NCBI RefSeq assembly: GCF_017745215.1
Contig: NZ_JAGHZV010000004.1
Span: 36,931 to 100,930, forward strand
Length of the DNA: 64,000 nucleotides
Reading direction: 5' to 3'
Source: Sphingomonas sp.
GTDB lineage: Bacteria; Pseudomonadota; Alphaproteobacteria; Sphingomonadales; Sphingomonadaceae
Part shown: positions 55,759 through 64,000 of the stretch, piece by piece
How the letters are laid out: every line of letters starts with the position of its first letter
Position numbering within the stretch: position 1 is the first letter of the stretch
Program-made: the position numbers and the translations under genes
The notes under the pieces: model-generated
What the model was told of the DNA's origin: nothing
The model's database searches: none
Seen by the model: only the letters and a program-made list of their open reading frames with translations

Positions 55759-58700
55759 ATGAAGCTGGTTCTGCGGGTTGCACTCCTGGCTCTCGTGGCG
55801 GCGCCGATCGGCGCGATCGCCGCGTTCGGCGACAATTCTCCCCAAGTCGAGATGGCCACGCCCGGCATCGGCAACGGCGCGATCGAGCGATTCACCGTCC
55901 GCTTCAGCACGCCGATGGTCGCGCTGGGCGATCCCCGCGCCGAATCGCCCTTCGACGTGACCTGCCCGGTCGCGGGCACCGGCCGCTGGGTCGACCAGCA
56001 GACCTTCGTCCATGAATTCGCATCGCCGCTCCCCGGCGGGATCAGCTGCGCGTTCAAGCTCAAGGACAAGCTCAAGAGCCTGTCGGGCTATGCGATCGCG
56101 GGGCAGCACGACTTCACCGTCGACAGCGGCGGGCCCACGGTGCGCGCGGTGCTGCCGACGCGCTACGGCGGCCAGATCGAGGAGGACCAGGTGTTCCTCG
56201 TCGCCGCCAACCAGGGCGTCGACACCGCCTCGGTGGCGGCGACCAGCTATTGCACCGTCGACGGCATCGGCGAGCGCATCCCGGTGGAGGTGCTGTCGCC
56301 TGCCATCCCTGCGCAGCTGCTCGCCGACATGGGCACCGATCGCTGGGAGGTGCGCGAGTTCCTCGAGAGCGCGGGCCTGCCGCAGGCGCTGCCGGCGAGC
56401 GCGGAGGACCGGCAGAAGGCACTCTCGACCGTGGTGGCGCTGCGCTGCCGCCGACCGCTCGCGCCGGGCCGCGACATGGCGCTGTTCTGGAGCAAGGACG
56501 TGCGCGGCGTCACCGGCAAGCTCGCCGGTGCCGACCAGCGTTTCGACTATACCGTGCGCAAGCCCTTCGAGGCGCGTTGGGAATGCTCGCGGGTCAACGC
56601 CCAGGCGGGCTGCAACCCGGTGCAGGACGGCTATGTCCGCTTCTCGGCGCCGATCCCGCGCGAGAAGGCCGAGGCGATCCGCATCCAGACGCCCGACGGC
56701 CAGCAGATCGCGCCGGCGCTTTCGGACAGCGACAAGCGCGCCAAGTTCGTCTCGGACATCAAGTTCAAGGCGCCGCTCCCCGCCGCGGTGACCGCCAAGC
56801 TGCTGCTCCCCGCCGACATCACCGACGAGAGCACGCGCAAGCTCGCCAACGCCCAGCGCTTCCCGCTCGACATCAAGATCGACGAGGCGCCGCCGCTGGT
56901 GAAGTTCGCGAGCGACTTCGGTATCCTTGAGCTCAACCAGGGCGGCGTGCTGCCGGTCACGGTGCGCAACGTCGAGGAGCAGCTCCAGGGGCAGAATCTC
57001 ACGGTCGCCGGCCAGGCGCTGCGGATCGATTCGTCGGACGGCGACGTCGCGCGCTGGATGCGCACCGTCGACGAGGCGGGCCAGACCAAATACGACCAGG
57101 TCAAGAAGGGCGACGACACCGTCTCGGTCAACCAGACCGGCGCCAAGTCGATCCTCCAGGGCAAGGGCGGCGCGACGCAGTTCAACGTCGGATTGCCGGG
57201 CAAGGGCAAGGACTTCGAGGTCGTCGGCATCCCGCTGACCAAGCCGGGCTTCTACGTCGTCGAGCTCGCTTCGCCCAGGCTCGGCGAGGCGCTGCTCGGG
57301 CGCCAGGCGCCGCGCTACGTCGCGACCGCAGCGCTCGTCACCAACATGTCGGTCCATTTCAAATGGGGCCGCGAAGGCTCGCTGGTGTGGGTGACCGCCC
57401 TCGATAGCGGGCTGGGCGTCGGGGGCGCCGACGTGCGCATCTCGGACAGCTGCACCGGGCTGGTGATCGCCAAGGGCAAGACCGACGAATCGGGCCGGCT
57501 CGCGGTCCCCGCCGAGCTGCCCGACCAGGAGAGCTGGGGCGGCTGCGGCGACACCAGCACCAACCATCCGCTGATGGTCTCCGCGACCAAGGGCGACGAC
57601 TATAGCTTCGACTGCACCTTGTGGGACGACGGCATCACGCCGAGCGACTTCGACCTGCCCTATGGCTACAGCGCCCCCGACGACGTGTTCCACAGCGTCT
57701 TCGACCGCGCGCTGGTCCGCCAGGGCGAGACGATCCACATGAAGCACATCCTGCGCCGCCCGGCCGCCAACGGCTTCGCGCTCGCGCCGGGCTTCACCGG
57801 CAAGCTGCGGCTGACGCATGGCGGATCGGACACGCAGTTCGACCTGCCGCTGACCGTCGATGCGAGCGGCAATGCCGATTCGACCTGGCAGGTGCCGCAG
57901 GGCGCGCCGATGGGCGACTATAACCTCACCGTGCTCTACAATGCCTCGGTCGACGGCAAGAGCGAGGAGCGCCAGCTCTGGACCGGCCAGTCGTTCAAGG
58001 TCGACGAATATCGCCTGCCGACGATGAAGGCGACCGTCTCGGGCCCGAAGGACCCCGCGATCCGGCCCAAGACGCTGCCGCTCGACCTGTTCGTCGGCTA
58101 TCTCTCGGGCGGCGGCGCGTCCAACCTGCCGGTCGACCTGCGCGTCGGCTATTTCGCCAGCTCCTCCTCGCCCGAGGGCTATGAGGCGTACACCTTCGGC
58201 GGCCACAGGATCGAGGAAGGCACCAAGGCGCTGAACGTCGATATCGACGATGTCGACGACGCCGACAGCCAGGACACGGCCAGCCTGCCGCCGACCCAGA
58301 CCATCCCCTCGACGCTCGGCGCCGACGGCAGCGCGCGCACCACGGTCGACGTGCCGCAGACGATCGACGGCGACACGACGATGCAGGTCGAGATGGATTA
58401 CCAGGACGCCAACGGCGAGGTGCTGACCGCGTCCTCCTATATCCCGCTCTATGCCTCGGGCGTGCGGCTCGGCGTCAAGACCGACGGCTGGCTGATGAAG
58501 CAGGACGACCTCCGCCTGCGCCTCGTCACGCTCGACACCTCGGGCAAGCCGGTGGCCAACCAGTCGGTGACGGTCGACCTCTACAGCCGCGAGGTGCTCA
58601 CCGCGCGGCGGCGGCTGATCGGCGGCTTCTACGCCTATGACAACCAGGTGAAGACCACCAAGCTCTCCGCTTCCTGCGCCGCGACCAGCGATGCGCAGGG

Positions 58701-61569
58701 GATGGCGACCTGCCAGCTCAACCCGGGCGTGTCGGGCGAAGTCTATGCGGTGGCGACCACCAAGGACGCCAACGGCAATGAGTCGCGTGCCGTCACCTCG
58801 GTGTGGCTGGTCGGCGACGACGCCTGGTGGTTCGGCGGCGACAATGGCGACCGCATGGACGTCATCCCCGAGAAGCAGGAGTATAAGTCGGGCGAGACCG
58901 CCCGCTTCCAGGTGCGCATGCCCTTCCAGGCCGCGACCGCGCTGGTCACGGTCGAGCGCGAGGGCGTGCTGTCGAGCTTCGTGACGACGCTGTCGGGCAA
59001 GGATCCGGTGATCGAAGTGCCGATGGACGGCGCCTACGCGCCCGATTGCTATGTCTCGGTGATGGCGGTGCGCGGGCGCGTCGCCGGCTGGTCGCAATGG
59101 ACCGCCGACCTCGCGCGCGACTGGGGAATCCCCTTCTTCAGCAAGGAAGGCGCGAGCGAGACCGCGACCGTCGACCTCGCCAAGCCGAGCTACCGCATCG
59201 GCGTCGCCAAGGTGAAGGTCGGCTGGGACGCGCACCGGCTCGGCGTGACGGTGAAGGCCGACAAGGAGAAATACGGCGCGCGCGACACCGCGACGGTCGA
59301 CCTCGACGTGAAGACGCCCGACGGCAAGCCCGCGGCGACCGCCAACGTCGCCTTCGCCGCGGTCGACGAGGCGCTGCTCCAGCTCGCGCCCAATCCGAGC
59401 TGGGACGTGCTCGACGCGATGATGGGTGATCGCCCGCTCTCGGTGCTCACCTCGACCGCGCAGACCCAGGTGGTCGGCAAGCGGCATTACGGCAAGAAGG
59501 CGGTGGAAGCCGGCGGCGGCGGCGGTGGCGATCTCTCGGGGCTCAACCGCGAGAATTTCCAGCCGGTGCTCTTGTGGCAGGGCAAGGTCGATCTCGACGC
59601 GAACGGCCATGCCCAGGTCAAGGTGCCGCTCTCCGACGCGCTGTCGCAGTTCCGCCTCGTCGCGATCGCGACCGACGGCGCGCAGCTGTTCGGCACCGGC
59701 GAGACCAAAATTCGGACCGCGCAGGACCTCAGCATCTTCTCGGGCGTGCCGCCGCTGGCGCGCACCGGCGACACCTTCGGGGCGATGTTCACGCTGCGCA
59801 ACGGCTCGGACAAGCCGATGCGGATCACCGCGACGGTGGACGTGAGCCCGCGCGTCGCGACCGGCAAGCCGCTCACCGTCGATATCCCGGCGGGCGGCGC
59901 GGTGCCGGTGACGTGGAACCTCACCATGCCGGGAATCGAAGGCAACCTCACCTGGACGGTGAAGGCGAGCTCGCCCGACGGCAAGGCCAAGGACCAGGTG
60001 ACGGTGACGCAGGAAGTCGTTCCCGCGGTGCCGGTCGAGGTCTGGGCCTCGTCGCTGGTCCAGGCCGGGCCCGTGGGCAATCCGGCGTCGAGCTTCGCGA
60101 TCATGCTGCCGGCAGGGGCGCTCCCCGGCCGCGGCAGCGTCGACGTGCTGCTCGCCGACACGGTCGCGCCGCCGCTCTCGGGCGTGCGCGAATACATGAG
60201 CTGGTATCCGTACGGCTGCCTCGAGCAGCGCACCTCGAAGGCGATCGCGCTGGGTGACACCGGCGCCTGGACGCGGATCGCGAGCGAGCTGCCCGCCTAT
60301 CTCGATAACGACGGGCTCGCGCGCTACTTCACCACCGACAGCCTGCCGGGCTCGGAAGCGCTGACGGCGTACGTGCTGTCGATCACTGCCGAGGCCGGGC
60401 TGCCGCTGCCCGACGGTCCGCGCGCCAGGATGATCGACGCGCTCAAGACCGTGCTCGCAGGCAAGCTGCGCCACGAGGATTATGGCGACGCGCGCTTCCG
60501 CAACGTCGCGATCTTCGCGGCGCTGGCGCGACAGGGCGCGGCCGATGCCTCGATGCTCGGCCAGCTCGGCATCACGCCGGCCGAGATGCCCACCGCGACG
60601 CTCGCCGACTATCTCGACGCGCTCGGCCATGTGCAGGGGCTCGCCAATGCCAATGCGCTGCGGCTCGACGGCGAGAAGGTGCTGCGCACGCGCCTCGTCT
60701 ACGAAGGCACGCGGATCGACATCGGCGACAAGGGCAAGATGCCGTGGTGGCTGATGTCGTCGGACGACGAGGCGGTGGCCAAGCTCGCGATCGCCACGCT
60801 TGGCCGACCGGCCTGGGCCAATGATTCGAGCAAGATCTTCGTCGGGCTCGGCAAGCGCCAGATGAAGGGCCATTGGGACACGACCACCGCCAATGCCTGG
60901 GGCACGATCGCCGCGCGCAAGTTCATGGCGATGTATCCCGCGCAGGCTGTGACCGGCAGCACCACGGCGCTGTTCGGCAGCCAGACGGTGGCGCGGAGCT
61001 GGCCGCTCGCCGAGCCGCAGCGCGCGTTCAGCTTCGCGCTGCCCGCGGCGCAGACGCCGATCGCGTTCACGCAGTCCGCGGGCGCGGGCCCCTGGGCGTT
61101 CGTGACGGTCAAGGCCGCGGTGCCGCTCACCCAGCCGTTGTTCGCCGGCTACAAGATGACCAAGAAGATCGAGGTCATCCAGGCGTACAAGCCGGGCGTG
61201 CTCAGCCGCGGCGACGTGATCAAGGTGACGATCACGGTCGATGCCTCGGCCGAGCGCAACTGGGTGGTGATCAACGATCCGGTGCCCGCGGGCGCGACGA
61301 TCGTCGGCGATCTCGGCGGCCAGTCGCAAATGCTGGGCGCCCAGGCGGGCAGCGGCACCGGCGCGCAGCCGAGCTATGTCGAGCGCGGCAAGGACGCGTG
61401 GCGCGCCTATTTCGCCTGGCTGCCCGCGGGGAGCGCGACGGTGTCCTACGTGATGCGGGTCAACTCCACCGGCAAGTTCAACCTGCCGGCGACGCGGGTG
61501 GAAGCGATGTACTCGCCCGAGATCCGCGCGCAGGCGCCCAATGCCGTGATGAGCGTCGCGCAGCGGTGA
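55759..61569 (+). CDS. bacterial alpha-2-macroglobulin family protein (YfhM-like) with thioester motif
   Basis: 1936 aa with a signal peptide. YPYGCLEQ thioester motif and MG-domain-like repeats. Followed by pbpC. Confidence 0.9.
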   Translation: MKLVLRVALLALVAAPIGAIAAFGDNSPQVEMATPGIGNGAIERFTVRFSTPMVALGDPRAESPFDVTCPVAGTGRWVDQQTFVHEFASPLPGGISCAFKLKDKLKSLSGYAIAGQHDFTVDSGGPTVRAVLPTRYGGQIEEDQVFLVAANQGVDTASVAATSYCTVDGIGERIPVEVLSPAIPAQLLADMGTDRWEVREFLESAGLPQALPASAEDRQKALSTVVALRCRRPLAPGRDMALFWSKDVRGVTGKLAGADQRFDYTVRKPFEARWECSRVNAQAGCNPVQDGYVRFSAPIPREKAEAIRIQTPDGQQIAPALSDSDKRAKFVSDIKFKAPLPAAVTAKLLLPADITDESTRKLANAQRFPLDIKIDEAPPLVKFASDFGILELNQGGVLPVTVRNVEEQLQGQNLTVAGQALRIDSSDGDVARWMRTVDEAGQTKYDQVKKGDDTVSVNQTGAKSILQGKGGATQFNVGLPGKGKDFEVVGIPLTKPGFYVVELASPRLGEALLGRQAPRYVATAALVTNMSVHFKWGREGSLVWVTALDSGLGVGGADVRISDSCTGLVIAKGKTDESGRLAVPAELPDQESWGGCGDTSTNHPLMVSATKGDDYSFDCTLWDDGITPSDFDLPYGYSAPDDVFHSVFDRALVRQGETIHMKHILRRPAANGFALAPGFTGKLRLTHGGSDTQFDLPLTVDASGNADSTWQVPQGAPMGDYNLTVLYNASVDGKSEERQLWTGQSFKVDEYRLPTMKATVSGPKDPAIRPKTLPLDLFVGYLSGGGASNLPVDLRVGYFASSSSPEGYEAYTFGGHRIEEGTKALNVDIDDVDDADSQDTASLPPTQTIPSTLGADGSARTTVDVPQTIDGDTTMQVEMDYQDANGEVLTASSYIPLYASGVRLGVKTDGWLMKQDDLRLRLVTLDTSGKPVANQSVTVDLYSREVLTARRRLIGGFYAYDNQVKTTKLSASCAATSDAQGMATCQLNPGVSGEVYAVATTKDANGNESRAVTSVWLVGDDAWWFGGDNGDRMDVIPEKQEYKSGETARFQVRMPFQAATALVTVEREGVLSSFVTTLSGKDPVIEVPMDGAYAPDCYVSVMAVRGRVAGWSQWTADLARDWGIPFFSKEGASETATVDLAKPSYRIGVAKVKVGWDAHRLGVTVKADKEKYGARDTATVDLDVKTPDGKPAATANVAFAAVDEALLQLAPNPSWDVLDAMMGDRPLSVLTSTAQTQVVGKRHYGKKAVEAGGGGGGDLSGLNRENFQPVLLWQGKVDLDANGHAQVKVPLSDALSQFRLVAIATDGAQLFGTGETKIRTAQDLSIFSGVPPLARTGDTFGAMFTLRNGSDKPMRITATVDVSPRVATGKPLTVDIPAGGAVPVTWNLTMPGIEGNLTWTVKASSPDGKAKDQVTVTQEVVPAVPVEVWASSLVQAGPVGNPASSFAIMLPAGALPGRGSVDVLLADTVAPPLSGVREYMSWYPYGCLEQRTSKAIALGDTGAWTRIASELPAYLDNDGLARYFTTDSLPGSEALTAYVLSITAEAGLPLPDGPRARMIDALKTVLAGKLRHEDYGDARFRNVAIFAALARQGAADASMLGQLGITPAEMPTATLADYLDALGHVQGLANANALRLDGEKVLRTRLVYEGTRIDIGDKGKMPWWLMSSDDEAVAKLAIATLGRPAWANDSSKIFVGLGKRQMKGHWDTTTANAWGTIAARKFMAMYPAQAVTGSTTALFGSQTVARSWPLAEPQRAFSFALPAAQTPIAFTQSAGAGPWAFVTVKAAVPLTQPLFAGYKMTKKIEVIQAYKPGVLSRGDVIKVTITVDASAERNWVVINDPVPAGATIVGDLGGQSQMLGAQAGSGTGAQPSYVERGKDAWRAYFAWLPAGSATVSYVMRVNSTGKFNLPATRVEAMYSPEIRAQAPNAVMSVAQR

Positions 61570-61607
61570 GTCGATGTGAGTGATGAGCGTGACGGCGTAG
61601 ATTCAAA

Positions 61608-61716
61608 CGTGTCGCCCCCGCGAAAGCGGGAGCCCCGCTTTGGTGCTCTCCGCGAATACGCTGCCTGGATTGCGAAGAAGGCAAGAAGCGGAGTCCCCGC
61701 TTTCGCGGGGGTGGCG
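61608..61716. repeat. family-1 variant long palindromic element at the a2m-pbpC junction
   Basis: CGTGTCGCCCCCGCGAAAGCGGGAGCCCCGC ... GCGGAGTCCCCGCTTTCGCGGGGGTGGCG. Confidence 0.75.
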
Positions 61717-63894
61717 GCTTGGGGCCGGCGGGTTGTCACCCGGCTCCTCGACGAATGGGACGAGCGCGGCGTCCGCGGCATTCTCACCCCGGCGCGGCTC
61801 GGCATCGCCAGCGTCGTCCTCGTCGCCGGCGGGTTCGCGGCCGCGGACTGGGCGACGCTGCCGCCGCTGCTCCCCGACTATGCCAAGACCCGCGCCGCCT
61901 GGGCGCCGTCCGAAAGCTGGCTCTACGATCGGAGCGGTGTGCTGATCGACAGCGCGCGCGTCGACTATCAGGCGCGACGGCTCGCCTGGACGCCGCTCGA
62001 CAAGGTCTCGCCTGTCGCGCGCGAGGTGCTCGTCGCTGCCGAGGACCGGCGCTTCCGCGCGCACGGCGGGATCGACTGGCTCGCGGTCGGCGGGGCACTC
62101 AGGGATCGTCTCGAGGGCAAGCGCTCGCGTGGGGCGAGCACGCTCTCGATGCAGGTCGCGGCATTCCTCTCGCCCGAGCTCGCAGCGCCGGGCTCGCGCG
62201 GCTGGCGCGAGAAGCTGCGCCAGATGCGCGCCGGCGCCGCGCTCGAGCAGCGCTGGAGCAAGGACCAGATCCTCGAAGCCTATCTCAACCTCGCCGGCTT
62301 CCGCGGCGAGGCGCAGGGGATCGGCGCCGCCGCGCTCGGGCTGTTCGGCAAGACCCCCGCCGCGCTCACCCGCGACGATGCGCTGCTGCTCGCGGCACTG
62401 CTCCCCGATCCGCGCGCCGATGCGGCGCAGGTCGCGGCGCGGGCCTGCGCGCTGAGCCACGACCAGGATTGCCGACGCTTCGCCGGGCTCGCCGCGTCGA
62501 TGCTCGGCCCGGCGCGCAGCCTCGCGCTCGATCCCGGCCTCGCGCCGCACCTTTCGGACATGCTGCTCACCAAGCCCGGGCTGCGCATCACCACTACGCT
62601 CGACGCACGCATCCAGCGCGTCGCGATCCAGGCGCTGCGCCACCAGCTCCAGGAGCTCGGCGGCACCCGCGCGCGCGACGGCGCGGTGGTGGTGGTCGAC
62701 AATGCGAGCGGCGACGTACTCGCGATGGTCGGCGGGATCGGCGGCGCCTCGACCGCGCCGCAGGTCAACGGCGCGACCGCCTATCGCCAGGCGGGTTCGA
62801 CGCTCAAGCCCTTCCTCTACGCCCAGGCGATCGAGAAGGGCTATCTCACCGCCGCGTCGATCCTCGACGATTCGCCGGTGCAGCTCGACACCGCTTCGGG
62901 CCTCTATGTGCCGCAGAACTACGACAAGGGGTTCAAGGGGCCGGTCTCGGCGCGGAATGCGCTGGCGGGGTCGCTCAACGTGCCGGCGGTGCGCACGTTG
63001 CTGCTCGTCGGGGTGAACAGCTTCCACGACCGGCTGTGGGATACCGGCTATCACGGGCTCACCGAGGACGGCGACTATTACGGCTATTCGCTCGCGCTCG
63101 GCTCGGCCGAAGTGACGCTGATGGAGCAGGCCGCGGCCTATCGCAGCCTCGCGCTGGGCGGGCGCTGGGGGCCGCTCAGGCTGACGAAGGATGATGCGCA
63201 TGTCGCGCCCCGGCCGGTGACGACGCCGCAGGCGGCGTGGATCGTCGCCGACATCCTCGCCGATCCCAATGCGCGTGCGGGCACCTTCGGGCTCGATTCG
63301 TCGCTGCGGCTGCCCTTCTGGGCGGCGGCGAAGACGGGCACGTCGAAGGCGATGCGCGACAATTGGTGCGTCGGCTTCTCTGACCGGTTCACCGTCGCGG
63401 TGTGGGTCGGCAACCTCGAGGGCGATCCGATGCGGGCGGTCTCGGGAACGAGCGGCGCCGCGCCGGTGTGGCGCGACGTGATGCTGGCGCTCCACCGCGA
63501 GGTGCCCGGCCGCCAGCCCGAACGGCCTGCGGGGATCGACGAGCGCCGCATCACCTTCGCAGATCATGTCGAACAGCCGCGCGCGGAATATTTCCTCAAG
63601 GGCACCGCGATGGACCAGGTCGCGCAGGCACCGATGGCGGCGCGGCGGCCGCGGATCGTGAACCCGGTGTCGGGCAGCGTCTATGCGCTCGACCCCGATA
63701 TCCCGCGCGATCGCCAGGGGCTGTCGGTGACGGTCTCGGGCGAAGTGATCGGCCACCGGCTGCTGCTCGACAAGCGCGACCTCGGCGCCGCCGATTCGCG
63801 GCCGCTGGTGCTCGCGCCGCGCGGCCGGCACACGCTGGCGCTGGTCGACCTTGGCGGGCGCGTCGTCGACCAAGTGCTCTTCACGGTGCGCTGA
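61711..63894 (+). CDS. pbpC: penicillin-binding protein 1C
   Basis: Glycosyltransferase motifs EDRRFRAHGGID and RGASTLSMQ. Transpeptidase motifs STLKP, SLN and KTGTS. The ORF opens at GTG 61576, but codons 11-47 are a palindromic repeat, so GTG 61711 is preferred. Start is uncertain. Confidence 0.85.
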   Translation: MAAWGRRVVTRLLDEWDERGVRGILTPARLGIASVVLVAGGFAAADWATLPPLLPDYAKTRAAWAPSESWLYDRSGVLIDSARVDYQARRLAWTPLDKVSPVAREVLVAAEDRRFRAHGGIDWLAVGGALRDRLEGKRSRGASTLSMQVAAFLSPELAAPGSRGWREKLRQMRAGAALEQRWSKDQILEAYLNLAGFRGEAQGIGAAALGLFGKTPAALTRDDALLLAALLPDPRADAAQVAARACALSHDQDCRRFAGLAASMLGPARSLALDPGLAPHLSDMLLTKPGLRITTTLDARIQRVAIQALRHQLQELGGTRARDGAVVVVDNASGDVLAMVGGIGGASTAPQVNGATAYRQAGSTLKPFLYAQAIEKGYLTAASILDDSPVQLDTASGLYVPQNYDKGFKGPVSARNALAGSLNVPAVRTLLLVGVNSFHDRLWDTGYHGLTEDGDYYGYSLALGSAEVTLMEQAAAYRSLALGGRWGPLRLTKDDAHVAPRPVTTPQAAWIVADILADPNARAGTFGLDSSLRLPFWAAAKTGTSKAMRDNWCVGFSDRFTVAVWVGNLEGDPMRAVSGTSGAAPVWRDVMLALHREVPGRQPERPAGIDERRITFADHVEQPRAEYFLKGTAMDQVAQAPMAARRPRIVNPVSGSVYALDPDIPRDRQGLSVTVSGEVIGHRLLLDKRDLGAADSRPLVLAPRGRHTLALVDLGGRVVDQVLFTVR

Positions 63895-64000
63895 GGCGCC
63901 ATTCGTCACAAAAATGATGTCGGCATCGAACCAAATCGCCTGACCCGCGTTTGCCAGCCTGGGTCCCTCCCCCCTTTCGGGGCCTAAACCGCCCGGCTTC

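Overview
GC-rich chromosomal segment that looks alphaproteobacterial, probably Sphingomonadales. This is an inference from gene content: a UrcA-family gene, a TauE/TIGR02186 pair, hflK-hflC-degP, fdxA-carD, a SUV3-like helicase, and dense palindromic intergenic repeats. About 48 protein genes are supportable. I saw no rRNA, tRNA, CRISPR array, transposase or integrase. Most of the window is housekeeping: nrdB 5' end, mrp, hflKC-degP, rpmI-rplT, pheST, carD, fdxA, a beta-oxidation block, and an alpha-2-macroglobulin/pbpC pair. The main finding is a compact four-gene lasso-type RiPP operon at 28.4-32.3 kb. It encodes a 57-aa precursor, an asparagine-synthetase-like cyclase, an HPr-kinase-like kinase and a PAPS-type sulfotransferase, but the window has no leader peptidase/RRE (B1/B2) gene and no exporter gene. 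The predicted core is ADFSPGTDAYDGTSTSYGPS. It has Thr at -2, an Ala1/Asp8 ring pair, a C-terminal Ser and a DAYD tyrosine context, which suggests a doubly modified (phospho plus sulfo) lasso peptide. The second candidate, at 1-4.6 kb, is a SyrP/TauD-like dioxygenase followed by one polypeptide that fuses a short adenylation domain, a carrier domain and a membrane acyltransferase-3 domain. Other observations: a 1188-aa beta-helix/AttH-lipocalin fusion; an AT3-SGNH acyltransferase sitting between rplT and pheS; an NfrB-like processive glycosyltransferase followed by a frameshifted beta-barrel gene; and three families of MITE/REP-like palindromic elements that create many spurious ORFs. One of these elements lies at the a2m-pbpC junction. 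Start codons are often ambiguous because the ORF track also opens ORFs at GTG and TTG. Coordinates were checked by counting residues against the ORF track.
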